The notes beneath the pieces are model-generated. The model ran no database searches and was not told the DNA's origin. It saw only the letters and a list, made by a program, of their open reading frames with translations. From assembly GCA_964187785.1 (NCBI GenBank), contig OZ076410.1, positions 58,776,001-58,840,000 on the forward strand: a stretch of DNA of 64,000 nt, given 5' to 3'. Made by a program: the position numbers and the translations under genes. The stretch comes from Amphiscolops sp. MND2022. Taxonomy: Eukaryota. This document shows, piece by piece, positions 21,736 through 35,596 of this stretch; within the stretch, counting starts at the first letter, position 1; the number at the start of each line of letters is the position of its first letter.

Positions 21736-24359
21736 GTGTCCAAACTTCCGACAAAGTCCAATGATCCGGCAATGACAACTGCAGACCTTGAGAAATGGTT
21801 AGGTGACGTTACTGCGGAAAATGATGAACTCCTGACGGAAACAAGGGGCCATATTGATCAATGCCTAGAACAGGACAAAATTTCCCAGAGTTCGCGTCAG
21901 ACAACTACCGTTAGAAGTAAGTCCAGCAAAGCTACCAGCTCTGAAATATCAAAGACTTCTAGTCAATGGCAACGCGATCTCATAATCGCTCAACAACGAC
22001 GTGAAGAGATTGAGAGACAGAACGAAGCAACCTTACACCTGGCGAAGCAGAAACAAGAGCTCGAACTTGAACAGCAAGAACTAGAACTGCAGAAATTGCG
22101 AAAGGAACAGGCGTTAAGGGTTGAAGAACTAGAAGAAAATCGCCGGAAATTAGAATAAGCCACCTTAGTTGAAATGGAATTTCGAGAAGACTTGTCGGAA
22201 TCTAATGCTGACATTAACGAAAGCTTATCACGCTTGGTCGCTTCAAGCGAAGGAAATGAGGCAGCGAGGATTGATGACTGGGTCCACAACTCCCCCAGCG
22301 GAGCCCAAACAGAGATGCAGCCCAGCATTGGAGCGCAAGTCACAATAGCCCCAACTGACACCCTCGAAGCCCAACCAACACCTCAAAGTTTCCCCTCTGA
22401 AATTTTCGCCTCTGCTCCGGCAGCAGATCAACCAAGAATACCGGAAGTGAATCCCACGACGTTCACTCAAAAATCGACTATCCAAAACCAAGTTTTGCTG
22501 CCGCCGCCGCCACCTTCTGTACTTTTTAACCCATCACTCACAGTGCCAGTGAGCCATATACTTCCGAACATGTCTGCCTGGACAATCTCAACTGCACTCA
22601 ACAACCATTCCACACAACCAAGCCTACCTTTACCGTCAAGCCAACTGATTCAAGTGACAACAACGAATGCAACATCGAGTAGTGCTCCGGCCCAGCCAGT
22701 GTCAGTCATGCCCGTTACTTGTAGAGAAACAGTTTATTACGTTCCGCACCTAGTTGTTACAACACCAGCCGTTGGCGGTACGACGACTCAACCATCATCT
22801 TGGTTGACAAGAGTGAGCGCCGCTCCCTTTGTTCCACCTTCTCTTAACGCAGCACCGCCTACGAGCTCTGCAAGTTTACCGATATCTGAAGTCGCACAAC
22901 TGATAGCGTCAAATAAGAAAGATCATCTACCAGAGATTAATCTGTCTCAGTACAGCGGAGATCCTGTTCAATGGCACGAGTGGTTCGAGACAGTTCAAGA
23001 GCGCAATTGACTCTGCTCCTCTGTCAGATGACGTCAAGCTGACCTACCTGAAGACTTTGGTTACCGGAAAGGCCAAAGTCGCCATAGCCGAGTTTGCCTA
23101 CTGTGGGGCTATGTACAAAGATGCACTCCAGACGCTTGAGAGTAAGTTTGGGCAACCCCAAGCAGTAGTGACTTCATATTTGGACAAACTGGCCAACGTT
23201 CCACCTGTACAAATTTACAATAGTGATAGTATCATTAGCTATTCCGCAACAAAAAGTTCGCTGGTTGGTATCTTCCGGTCCCTTGATTATAACCAAGACT
23301 TGTCAAGTGCATCCCTACTCGGTCAAGCCGTACAAAAGCTTCCACCAAAATGAAAGAAGCATGGTTGATGCACACGGTGAAGCACAACTTGGACCGACCT
23401 ACTCTAATCGACTTCAATGACTGGTTGAAAGAAAAGACCGAAGCCCACAAACGAATGAAAACATCTTCGATTAAGCCCAAAGTGGACGAAAATGCGCAAT
23501 CAAAAGTCACGAAAACGAAGACAAAATCAAAAGTTTTTGCCTCAACATCATCAACCAACGAACGAAAGACCAAACAAAAGTCGGACAATCTATCAATCAA
23601 TTGTGTAGCCTGCAGAGAAAAACACCCTCTGAGGAGATGTCAACTCTTCCGAAAGAAAATACCCACAGAGAGAGTGAAATTAGTTGCCGAAAACAAAGTT
23701 TACTTCTCTTGTTTGAACGCCGACGATTCGTTTCGACAGTGACCACAGCCACGTAAATGTACAAAAGAAGGATGTGGAAGCTCCCACAACACATTGCTCT
23801 ACGGAGCCGACGGAATTCTCCCGCAAAAGAACGATACTTCTAACAAACGGAAACCAGGAACGTCGACCAGCATCGAAACAACAGAAACAAAGAAACAGGT
23901 CAAAGTAAGTTTGGGTTTAGCTTCCGTGACCACTTTTAAAGGTCTTTTACAAATTACAGAAGTTGAGTTGCCTTCTCCTGGGGAGTCGAAGAAAGTTTTA
24001 GCTCTTTGCGACTCAGCCTGTAGCCATACTTGGATTTCCGCAAGCTTGGCTAGCAAACTGAAAGTCCACGGAATACCGATAAAACTGATCGTTCTAGAGA
24101 TCAACTCCCAGCAAGTAGTTGATACGCAAATGGTAGAACACAAGTTGACACCGGTTCATTCGGGTGGCTCTTGTTCTCCCTTTCAACCAAACCTTACGTG
24201 CGAGACAACCTCGACGTAGGCACCGATGCTATCGACGTGGACCGTATGAAAACCAAGTATCCTCACTTAGATCCAGTACCTTCACACAAGTACAGTTACG
24301 CCGACGTTGACATGATTCTGGGTCGGGACGTGTTTCACTTTATCCACCCGCTGGAGTAA
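21736..24359 (+). pseudogene. BEL-outer gag and protease (multiple stops and frameshifts)
   Basis: KKDHLPEINLSQYSGDPVQWHEW, GKAKVAIAEFAYCG, CVACREKHPL, ALCDSACSHTW; colinear with BEL-inner. Confidence 0.9.
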
Positions 24360-24439
24360 TTTGATTCCGACTGCAATAATGCTCCAGTTGCCGTCCGTCT
24401 TCCGTTGGGCTGGGTATTAAGTGGACCTCTTGCAGCGAC

Positions 24440-26684
24440 TTGTTCTCAACGTCCTTCAAGGCTGCTACGAGTAATGAAGACACTGACTCCGAGCTCGTCG
24501 ACCATCTCCGCAGCTGGTATGATATGGAATCATACGGAGCGATGAAACAAGTGGACTCCCGTTCCGCAGCCGACGCGAGAGCGGAGAACATCCTTGTTGA
24601 AACAACTTACCACGATTGGACTCGGTATCAAGTGGGTATGCTATGGGCTGACGATGAAAGTAGTTTGCCGAACAACTATTTTTTGGCTCTCGTTCAGCTG
24701 GAATCTTTAGAACGCCGTCTAGGGAAAGACGTTGATTTGAGAAAAAGATACTCAAAAAACATCCAAGTCGACATTTCGAAAGGTTATATAGTGCGCGTTG
24801 ACAAGACTGACTGCTTCGAAGTGTGTAACCCCCATGAATGGTATCTCCCGCACCACATGGTCATCCATCCGAACAAACCAGGTAAAGTTCGACGAGTGCT
24901 GAATAGCGCGGCCAAATTTCAAAGCTCTTCCTTGAACAATGCATGTTTAACGGGACCAGATCTACTACAAAGCCTCATTCATATCCTGATTCGATTTCGA
25001 TAATACCCGTACGCTGTGTCTGCGGACATTGAAGGAATGTTTCTCGAAGTTAGGGTCATTCCAGACGACAGGCTGTCACTTCGTTTCTTGTGGCACGAGG
25101 ACCCAGCTGCAGAAGTTGCTGTGTTCCAGTACGTTCGCCATATCTTGGATCCAAAGACTTTCCCACCTGTGCGAACTAAGCCCTGAGACGAGCAGCGACT
25201 GAAAATGCATCGCAGTTCTCCAAAGCCGCCCAAAGCGTCATCAACAACTTCTACATGGATGACTACCTAGAATCCAGCCCAACCATTGAAGAATCTGCCC
25301 GAAAAGCTAAAGATCTGGTGCAATTGCTTTCACTAGGTTGTTTCAAACTGACAAAGTTCGTCTCGAAGGTGCGTAATATTCCGCCACAAGTAGAAACCGA
25401 CTCCAAAACACCAACTGAGACAAAAGAAATACCGAGCACCGAAGAATCGTCACATGTGTTGGGATTAAAGTGGAACCACAGTAGCGACACCCTTGTAGTC
25501 GTGGTACGAACCCTGGAGTCAAGGCGAAAGTAACTCAAATAATCGTTTAAAGTTTAGTTTCTTTAGTGTACGATCAGATCGGACTTTTTGCGCCGTATAC
25601 CGTCAAAGCACGACTACTGCTAAAAGAGATCTGGAGGTTAAGTTGACAACAATGGGATGACGACTTACCGCCGGAAGTTGTATCCAAGTTCCTTGACTAG
25701 AGTGAAGAACTACCAAGGCTTAGCGACATAGTAATTCCACGAGCTTATTTCCAGGGAAAAATCGACACGTTGGAACTTCACCTATTTGGCGATAGTTCAC
25801 AAGATGTGTTCAGCGCTGTCGCTTTCCTACGTGTCAAGGTTGTCAGAAAAGAAAATCAAGAACAAACACAACTCGCCGTCGTATTTGGGAAAACCAGAGT
25901 GGCACCCATGAAAGCCCTGACAACCCCAAAACTTGAACTACAGGCCCCGTTACTTGCAGCAAGGCTTCGAAAAGAAGTTGAGAAAGCACTGACGCTGGAG
26001 ATAAACAAGACTTTTGTGTGGTCCGACAGTACAACTGTCTTCCAGTGGATACATTCTCTGGGCAAACAGCCAGACTTCATTGCGAACCGCGTGGCGGGGA
26101 TTTTGGATCTTACCACGACCATCGACGAGTGGAATTACGTTAAATCCAGTGAAAACCCTGCCGATGCAGGCACACGAGGCCTGTCAGGAACAAGATTGTT
26201 AGACAGTAGTTGGCTCAAAGAACTGGAGTTTTTGAAAACGTCCGACTTGCCATTCAAGTCATCAGAACTTTCAAAATTTAAACTGAAACCTGACATTAAC
26301 GATCAGAATGCAGAAAAGCTTTCCCCGAAAAATGAGGCTGCTCTCGGTTCCAATGCAGACATCAACACATCAATTTTCGAGTGGCATAAGTATACTTCTT
26401 TCGAGAAACTTTTGGGTGTTCTTGCCTACTTGATGCGTCTCATACCAATACATGAGACCTACCGCTCCGAGACGGGTACCATCACGGATCCAAGTGAACT
26501 TGAGAATGCACAAACGAAGCTTTTCTATCTGGTACAACTAGAATCATTCCTCATAGAAAAGAAGCTACTGCTGAAGAACTGCCTGCTCCGCGGTTTCTCT
26601 AAAATACTACTCCCCTTTCATTTGACCCAAAGGTTTACTTCGAGCAACTGGCAGAACGAAGCAACTCGACGTATCTACTTTTGA
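24440..26684 (+). pseudogene. BEL-outer RT and RNase H
   Basis: WYLPHH...KPGKVRRV, GPDLLQSL, YMDDYLES, LHLFGDSSQ, KTRVAPMK...PKLELQA, WSDSTTV, NPADAGTRG. Confidence 0.92.
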
Positions 26685-27543
26685 CGCGAAACATCCCGTC
26701 CTACTGGACAGTCGCCATCCAGTTTTACGTTTCTTCCTCGAACATTTACACAAGTCTCATTGCCATCAGGGTGTGGACTACTTGAAGGCGTTGGTGCAGC
26801 AACAGTTCGCCATCGTCAAGCTTAGAACCACCTTAAGATCAATAGTTGCGAGATGTGTAACTTGTCGCAACGTCCAGCTGAGACTATCAGTTCGATGATG
26901 TCTGATTTTCCACAAGAAAGACTTGCCTTCAAGGAGCCGCCGTTTAACAACACTGGCATTAGACTGTGCCCCTCACCATGGAGGCATCTGGAAACGAGTG
27001 GTTGGAAGTGTCAAACACGTTTTCTACGGAGTTCTCGGGAACAGACGTCTAATTGACGAGATCTTGACAACAACATTTTGCCTTGTTGAGCAAAGTCTGA
27101 ATGCTCGACCGTTAGTACCATCTAGCTCTGATGCCACTGATTTGGACGCTCTGACTCCCAACCATTTTTTGCTAGGAACTGCGGGCTCCGTTTTACCATC
27201 GCATCGGAGTGCTGAAGTTGACTATCGAAAACGTTATGTGCGTGCACAAGCATATTCTGATGATATATGGCAACAAAGGTTGAAAGAATATGTTCCTTCA
27301 CTTAATAGACGTTCGAAATGGTCCAGCCCGCCGGAGAGACAACTTAAGAGCGGAGATCTAGTTTGGATCGTCGATCCAACTAGTCCCAGAGGACATTACC
27401 CACTAGCCCGAGTTGTTACGTTGAATTTCGGCAGCGATGCCGTAGCACGTTCTGCAGGAGTAAAGACCAGTACCGGTTGTCTTGTTCGCCCCGTCGTGAT
27501 GTTATGCCCCGTCCTACCAGCACCTGATCCCGAATACTTTTAG
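26685..27543 (+). pseudogene. BEL-outer integrase with an internal deletion of the core
   Basis: HCHQG...CVTC finger. NTGI is joined almost directly to APHHGGIW near 26962, losing roughly 300 bp present in BEL-inner. Confidence 0.85.
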
Positions 27544-27690
27544 GTTCAATGCCCGCTTCCAAAAAGTATATAACATTTAACATGTAATCTGAACATCTAT
27601 GTAAACCGTTTTTTTGTGTATTTGAAAAGAAAAGGTTTTTCCTTTTTCGTTTGGAACAAAAAAAGTTTTCATCTTCTTGGGCTCGGAGGA

Positions 27691-27993
27691 TGTTGCGTTC
27701 GCAATAAGATTGAAATAATTTTATTTAATATTTCTTCGAATTAACTTCATGAAATCTGAAATACATAGTAAAAATTATGCTTTTGGAAATATCAGAAAGT
27801 TGTTTCTTTGCTATCTCGAAATCATGACTCATATTTGTTCATGTTTTATTGGTTTCTTTAAAAAGTATGCGAGATTCAGTTGTTGAATTATCAGCCCATT
27901 ATTTACTTACTCTCTTTAAAACATTTTCTAGACTACGAAAATTTCCAAATAGAAGAAACGAGGTATAATTTTCGCCAAGTTATATTCTTTTCA
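27691..27993 (+). repeat. BEL-outer 3' LTR
   Basis: Preceded by the PPT CTTCTTGGGCTCGGAGGA; ends TTCA followed by TSD TACAA. Confidence 0.93.
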
Positions 27994-29644
27994 TACAAAA
28001 TCGTTTGAAGCCAAAGTTTCCTTACTTTGATTTTTTTTTCAGTATTTTGAGACTTTATTTTAAAAACGTTTCCTCCTCTTTTCCAACTTAACCCAACATT
28101 TGTTCTATTCTCGATCCTTTTTCATACTTTGGTTTGATTTCTTTATGAGGAGGCGCGAAGTGACATCATAAATTAACAAAATTATTCAGAAAAAGAGGAA
28201 AACATTCAACGTAAATTGTGCAATTTTACGTTACCACAGGCAATGTTTGAACTGGCAAACCCTTTGAAAAATCCCTTTGTATACAAGTTATAACTTATAT
28301 AACTGGTAAACCGGATACAACGTTCACCGGATATTACGTTTTGGAGAAGTTTACTTTCCATTTTCTGGCTAATTTTCCAATTCATCAAACACTGGTAATG
28401 GCGTCATTGCCACAGATACTGGCAATGGCGTCTGGCAACAGTTCTACAACAGCGGTTCTGTTCACAATATCAGATGTTAGACTAATGAGGAGACTTTTTG
28501 GATTTTTTCAAAACTTGTCTATCTCCGAAATTTTTTGTGTCAATTTTTTCTCCTCTCAAAATTTCGATCTTTTCTATTCATGCGGTCGCTTGGAAACCCC
28601 TTTCATGATTCATAGTTAGCGATTTGCTCAAAAAAGGGTCCACCGTTCAATTTTTAGGATATTTAGAGTTGGTACAGAATCATTTGAAGATAAAAAGTAT
28701 AGCCTATAGATTTGTTAGGCGCAAACCGGGATTAACGCAAACCGGATATGGCGAATAGCGGATACAACGTATACCGGGTATAACTTTTCTTGGAGACTTT
28801 TTTGATACTTTTTGATACCTTTTTACACTCGACACTCCTGGTCAGAGGAAGGACAAAGAATCAAAACCAGATATATTTCCAAAAAGTTGCAAGAAAGAGA
28901 TCAGTTACTCGAAAAGTAACATCGTCAAAGAACAGACGAGAATGAAAGCTGGGACGTGTTACAGCGCAATCAAGAGGAAACGTGTGTGTGTGTGTGTTGT
29001 CTGGAGAAGAAACAACAATAACAATGAACAGAACAGAAAAAAGCAATGATGCGACAACCGAGGAGAGCAAGCAAAGGAGCGACGCGCGTGAAGTAGATGA
29101 GCAGGCAAATTCGGGGCAGAGGTAGAATCTGAGAAAATCGCTAATCCTGAGAAGTGAGCATAACGGAAAATAGCAGAACCCTAACCCCTGGAGCAGGTGG
29201 AAGAAATATCTGCATAGGAATAGACAATAAAAGTGCTTGTGGTGTGGTAACGACCAGAAATTCGTCGAAGAAAACCGGTAGAATTTTATGCAATAGTTGT
29301 CGTAATGAAAGTGAAAGAAGCAAATCAGACGGAGAAGAAAGAATGAGTAAACTGAGTAGCAAATAATCTGAAACTTCATCATGTCTTATAATCTGAAATG
29401 AATTAACCCAGTGTATTACTTAGCATCTAAATCGGAAAAAGAAAAACATAACACATTCTACAGTATACTTTATTCATTATACATAATACATCACACGTTA
29501 TACATTGAACGTACCATTGAACATTATACATTATCATTGTAATTGGAAACCTCACGTTTTGTCTGAAAACGGGGAGTGTAGTAGTATGACTTTGACTGAT
29601 GTACCACTATGACGCTAAAAAGCATGCTTTTCATATTACCATAA

Positions 29645-30029
29645 TTATTATTTTCCGACCCACATTTTTAATGGGGAGGAAAATCATCATCTGTGTTGCG
29701 TTTTTTTCCAAATTCTGCCAAATCTCCACGCTCCATCACTTGACTATTTAGTTACTTGACTATTTTAGTAGGAGGGGGGAATGAGATCTAAAGTCAAAAA
29801 AGGGAGTAAGATCCAAAGGGAACAAGATCTAAAGTTTCAGGACGAGTATAAAATCTGATGGGAATAAGATCTAAAGTAAAAATGGGATTAAGATCCAAAG
29901 GGAATAAGATCTAAAATCACTAAATTTTAGATCTTATTATTTAGATCCTATCCTCCCAAAATAGCTATGGCTCAAGTGATGAAAGCGAAAAGGGAGGAAA
30001 ATATCCCGGTGCTTAGCGGGCGTCTTGTT
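29645..30029 (+). mobile_element. Non-autonomous repeat, family A (Helentron/DINE-1-like)
   Basis: 5' ATTTTCCGACCC and subterminal inverse GGGAGGAAAAT (29992-30002); 3' CCCG...CGGG hairpin then CTTGTT; internal GGGAATAAGATCTAAA-type tandem array; second copy at 35597-35913. Confidence 0.55.
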
Positions 30030-31694
30030 TACTAATACCTGTCAACAATGTTAAAACCTCATACGATTCAATCAGATTTTTGTTGCCTTGCATAATACGA
30101 TTCAGTTTTCAATACATTTTCCAAACACTTCGGTTTTTTGATATCAGTTCTCTTCAACAGGTCGTCAAGTGATGTTTATTTATACACAATTTTGTAACGA
30201 GTATGGCCAAATGAGCTAAATTGAAATCTGAATTTATTACACAAAAACAGTCAAATTCCTGAATCTCCCTAACAAAAACAGACTTTTCCTTCAGTACCAA
30301 TTCCAATGTGTGATTTTGATATGCAGTTCAACCTAGGATTTTACCCTTTCGTTTCAGCTGCAAAAAGCATCGCAACTTGTTTGTTTTGACTAGGTATTAA
30401 CATAAAACTGGTATTGTTTAGCTTTGATGAATTTTTAAATGCTATGATGACAGAAACCGGCACTTATTTTTCTCATAAATCATGGTGTGCGTGATGCTGA
30501 AACTGACATCTGGCTCGGTTGATTGGGCGTTGAAACTGTCAAAATCTACCAAGAGTCAAATAAAGTTCCAGTTACTTCCGTCAAATACCAATTCCATAAA
30601 TGATTTTTAAGTGAAGTATACCATTTCAAGAAGAGAAGTGCGTATATTTCAAGAAGTGAAGAGTGTATACGTTCAACCTGCACCCAATCTGCGATCTCTG
30701 CGTTTGTCCAAAAACACAAGTTCTTTGATTTGACAAGGATTTCACATATAACATTGTCATGTTTGACAGTGAAATTTTTCTGGATATTTTGGCCATATTG
30801 TCCTTCCCGCCACGGATTTCGCAGTTCTTCCTCAACGAAATACAGTTTCCTTCACTTCAAGAGTTGTACTTTCAGCTAGCTTATATGCATACTACAATTG
30901 TACTACTTAGATCGAATTCGCGTTTTTTGAATAAATTGTCGTTCATTTTCATTTTTTTTTCAACACAGAAAGAACACTTGTAATTTTATACATACAGTCC
31001 ACTGCCAGAAGTTCCAGTTCCGCAAAGACAGACATTCCAGTCCCAAGCATTAATCATTCAGTGTTCACTAATTATTTTGATTTCAATTAGATTTCTCTCG
31101 TTTCTCACTTTTGTCATTTTTGGAAGTCACAAAAAAACGTTCAGCCGATTTTGCATCAAAAAAGAATCTCTGCGGATTGAAATATTGGCACTGGCGGGGC
31201 TAAATGGTCTGAGTTAGGGACTGAGATGCAATGGCGTATGCTTTTTACATAATGTGTAGCTTTTGCGGTCAGCGCTTTCATGGGTATATCGTCGCTGTCC
31301 ACCATTGCACATTCCGTTTGGAGTGTTTGGACCAATCCAATAAAATTGAGCTTTTCAATCATGATTTTAAAAAAGCTTCTGATAGGATATTCATGAACGT
31401 TTTTAAAGTCTTGATCTCTTTCAATTCTCTGAAAAATTTTGTTACAAAAATAATATTTTGAGTTTTCCGTGGTTAATAACGTTTCATCCAATCCCGTCGT
31501 TTCTGCCATCCAATGTTTTCAAAATGCTATGTATACAATTTGATAGAAAAAGTAAAACGAATTTAGAGAAATAATTTATTGAAACGACCAGGCTACTGCA
31601 ATAATCACGAACATTCAAACAAAACACAAATTAGGAAAAACACCAACCTATTATTTGACAAAAACATTACGAAATAAAATTGATTAAATTAAAT

Positions 31695-34600
31695 ACGTTA
31701 TCTTGTCTCACCTCGATCTTTCGATTGCGTTCGACACTCTTCAATACAACATCTTGGAGACGAATTTATTTGATTCAGGTTTTGATGGACCATCATGAAA
31801 AATGCTCATCGATTTTACAGTGTAAATATATCAGAGTGTGCCACGAGGAACCGTCTTATGGCAACAAATCTTTAGTAATTATTGCATCAAATTTTCAAAA
31901 CTTAGAAGATGTGGATGAAATGAGAAAACAGCTGAAACCAATATGATATGACTTGAATGCAGTCGACAATGAAGACTTGGCCGGTGAATTTTAGCGTTTG
32001 TTTTTTTTTCAATCTGCCCATAAGCTACTCTATATATGATATCAGTAAGTTTGATAACATATTCGAAGTAGTTTCCAACGAAATAAACAATTTAACCTAT
32101 AAAGTGGTCCTATATATTTTGAAACATACATGTTTTAAACAGGCATGCCTGCCGACTTCAATGATTTCACCTCAGTTTTTTCAAAACCATCTGGTGTTCT
32201 GGTGAGATATTGCTCAAACTTTTCATCGATGGTCACTGAGGAACGCCATGGGATTTCAATACGGGCTGTTTTTTTAAAGAAACCATTTAGAAGTCAAATC
32301 ATGTAAAGTGTTCCAAGAATCTTCTACAACACAAAAAAGCAACTTCGATTGACATCAAAAAGCAATGGTGCATTTGTTCGATCCAATGAACCTTCGATAT
32401 AACAACATTTCGAAGTCTACGTATGTTACGTCTACATAAGTATACTGTAATTAATAAACTTGAAGGAATAAACATCAAATTTTGACAAAATATTGTACTA
32501 GGAAAATATTCACTAAACATTCACAAGATTCCATTTACTGTAGTTAGGCTCTTTATACTGCAGAGCAAGGATCACCAACAGGTTGTCATTATCCATCGAA
32601 GTCTGTTATATCATAACTGAAAAACAAAACTACGAAACAATGTCATTTTGAAAAGTCACAACACCACTTAAAACAAGCAATAAAATTTTCTGGTTCTGCG
32701 CCAGACAAAAATTAGTATCATTCTGAAATGATGCGAGATAAATTTACAGGTGAGTTGATACAGTCGAATCCACGTTATTTTGCAACCGATAATTCCACAC
32801 CCCACCTAAACACAACAGATTCCGATGGCCGCCATAGACATAACACTGCTTTATCGCGGATTATCTCACCGCGTAAATTTTCATACTCTGCTCAAAGTCA
32901 ACAAATTGCTCGTTTTCGATACGTCATTATCTGTACGTAAATCATTTGTAACTCTAACAGAAGACCACTCCAATTGACACGGCATAAACTGAGCGAAAGC
33001 GACTCTTCAAACTGTCTTGGTTTCCTATACCTTATCTCTGGCGATTGACTCAATACCAACGTAATGTACCAAAAAATCAAAGACCATATTGGAACATTTT
33101 GTGACCGATGATACAAACTGTGCTGATAGAACTTTTGTATTCAGAACTTTTGTATCCCATATAAAACTCATCAACTTGCATCTCTTCTGGTAAGCAACTA
33201 CCAATTGGATAATCTATTGATTCATCGATTTTCTAAATTAAATGATTACCTCGACAAACATGGTAATCATAGTTTTTTATCAAACTGGAAAACTACGCAA
33301 AGCTTTAGCATTCGTTTTATCACTACCAGGCAGACGCTCAAGCATCTCAGTTTTGTCAATGTACGGAACTCGACAGGACATTCGGACATACCATTGTGGG
33401 CCATGAAGGATTGTTATTGTTCTACAGAGATATCAAAACATCTAACTTTCTGTTTCACGCCTTGGTTTTGGAATCAAAATTTCCTCCTCAATGCAAACAG
33501 CTCATAGTAACCCCAATATCCGAGAAAGGCGACAGTGAAGACCCACAGAAACATAGGCCTGTTCTGTTAACTCTGTACTTTTGAAACTTTTCGAACAAAT
33601 TCTCGCGAATCAAACAAAGAAGTAATTAACTCGATTTGACATGATCAATCAATATCTTTCGTGTTTCAGATCAGAAGTTTCTACAACGCTGCACTTTTTG
33701 ATTGCACAAAAACATTGCGAAAAAAATTTGCTAAAACTGAATACGTTATCTTGGCTCTCCTCGATCTTTCGATTGCGTTCGACACTCTTCAATACAACAT
33801 CTTGGGGACGAATTTATTAGATTCAGGTTTTGACGGACCATCACAAAAATGCTCATCGATTTTACAGGGTAAATATATCAGAGTGTGCCACGAGGAACCG
33901 TCTTATGGCAACAAATCTTTAACAATTATTGCATCAAATTTTCAAAACTTAGAAGATGTGGATGAAATGAGAAAACAGCTGAAACCATAATGATATGACT
34001 TGAATGCAGTCGACAATGAAGACTTGGCCGGTGAATTTTAGCGTTTGTTTTTTTTTCAATCTGCCCATAAGCTACTCTATATATGATATCAGTAAGTTTG
34101 ATAACATATTCGAAGTAGTTTCCAACGAAATAAACAATTTAACCTATAAAGTGGTCCTATATATTTTGAAACATACATGTTTTAAACTGGCATGCCTGCC
34201 GACTTCAATGATTTCACCTCAGTTTTTTCAAAACCTTCTGGTGTTCTGGTGAGATATTGCTCAAACTTTTCATCGATGGTCACTGAGGAACGCCATGGGA
34301 TTTCAATACGGGCTGTTTTTTTAAAGAAACCATTTAGAAGTCAAATCATGTAAAGTGTTCCAAGAATCTTCTACAACACAAAAAAGCAACTTCAATTAAC
34401 ATCAAAAAGCAATGGTGCATTTGTTCGATCCAATGAACCTTCGATATAACAACATTTCGAAGTCTACGTATGTTACGTCTACATAAGTATACTGTAATTA
34501 ATAAACTTGAAGGAATAAACATCAAATTTTGACAAAATATTGTACTAGGAAAATATTCACTAAACATTCACAAGATTCCATTTACTGTAGTTAGGCTCTT

Positions 34601-35438
34601 TATACTGCAGAGCAAGGATCACCAACAGGTTGTCATTATCCATCGAAGTCTGTTATATCATAACTGAAAAACAAAACTACGAAACAATGTCATTTTGAAA
34701 AGTCACAACACCACTTAAAACAAGCAATAAAATTTTCTGGTTCTGCGCCAGACAAAAATTAGTATCATTCTGAAATGATGCGAGATAAATTTACAGGTGA
34801 GTTGATACAGTCGAATCCACGTTATTTTGCAACCGATAATTCCACACCCCACCTAAACACAACAGATTCCGATGGCCGCCATAGACATAACACTGCTTTA
34901 TCGCGGATTATCTCACCGCGTAAATTTTCATACTCTGCTCAAAGTCAACAAATTGCTCGTTTTCGATACGTCATTATCTGTACGTAAATCATTTGTAACT
35001 CTAACAGAAGACCACTCCAATTGACACGGCATAAACTGAGCGAAAGCGACTCTTCAAACTGTCTTGGTTTCCTATACCTTATCTCTGGCGATTGACTCAA
35101 TACCAACGTAATGTACCAAAAAATCAAAGACCATATTGGAACATTTTGTGACCGATGATACAAACTGTGCTGATAGAACTTTTGTATTCAGAACTTTTGT
35201 ATCCCAAATAAAACTCATCAACTTGCATCTCTTCTGGTAAGCAACTACCAATTGGATAATCTATTGATTCATCGATTTTCTAAATTAAATGATTACCTCG
35301 ACAAACATGGTAATCATAGTTTTTTATCAAACTGGAAAACTACGCAAAGCTTTAGCATTCGTTTTATCACTACCAGGCAGACGCTCAAGCATCTCAGTTT
35401 TGTCAATGTACGGAACTCGACAGGACATTCGGACATAC
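31695..35438. repeat. Tandem duplication, period 2047 bp (31695-33392 and 33742-35438)
   Basis: Matching ORF pairs offset by exactly 2047 (31957/34004, 32728/34775, 33205/35252); near-identical sequence. Confidence 0.92.
33396..33990 (+). pseudogene. Non-LTR (CR1/L2-like) reverse transcriptase fragment
   Basis: FPPQCKQLIVTPISEKGDSEDPQKHRPV and LLDLSIAFDTL motifs. The RT continues at 35461-35590 (DVDDTML) and about 35920-36300. Confidence 0.7.
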
Positions 35439-35596
35439 CATATATTAATATATGTATATATCACAGGAACCGTCCTATGACAACAAATCTTTAAGCAATG
35501 ATTGCACCCCAAATCTTCGAAACTTAGAAGATGTGGATGATACCATGCTTCACACGACCAACAAAGATTTGAAAAAGGCATGCTGTGATTTTGACA

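Larger units (their letters stand above)
10681..27993 (+). mobile_element. BEL/Pao LTR retrotransposon ('BEL-outer') containing a nested BEL element
   Basis: LTRs at 10681-10985 and 27691-27993 (about 94% identical). TSD TACAA at 10676-10680 and 27994-27998. PBS at 10986, PPT at 27673-27690. BEL gag-pol at 21736-27543. Confidence 0.93.

Noticed and set aside
28861-29382. 173-aa and overlapping ORFs with scattered Cys
   Set aside because: Low-complexity purine-rich DNA with a (GT)n tract, stops in the plausible frames and no consistent motif.
31156-31509. 117-aa ORF as a host gene
   Set aside because: No domain signature, no supported splice partners and no repeat homolog.
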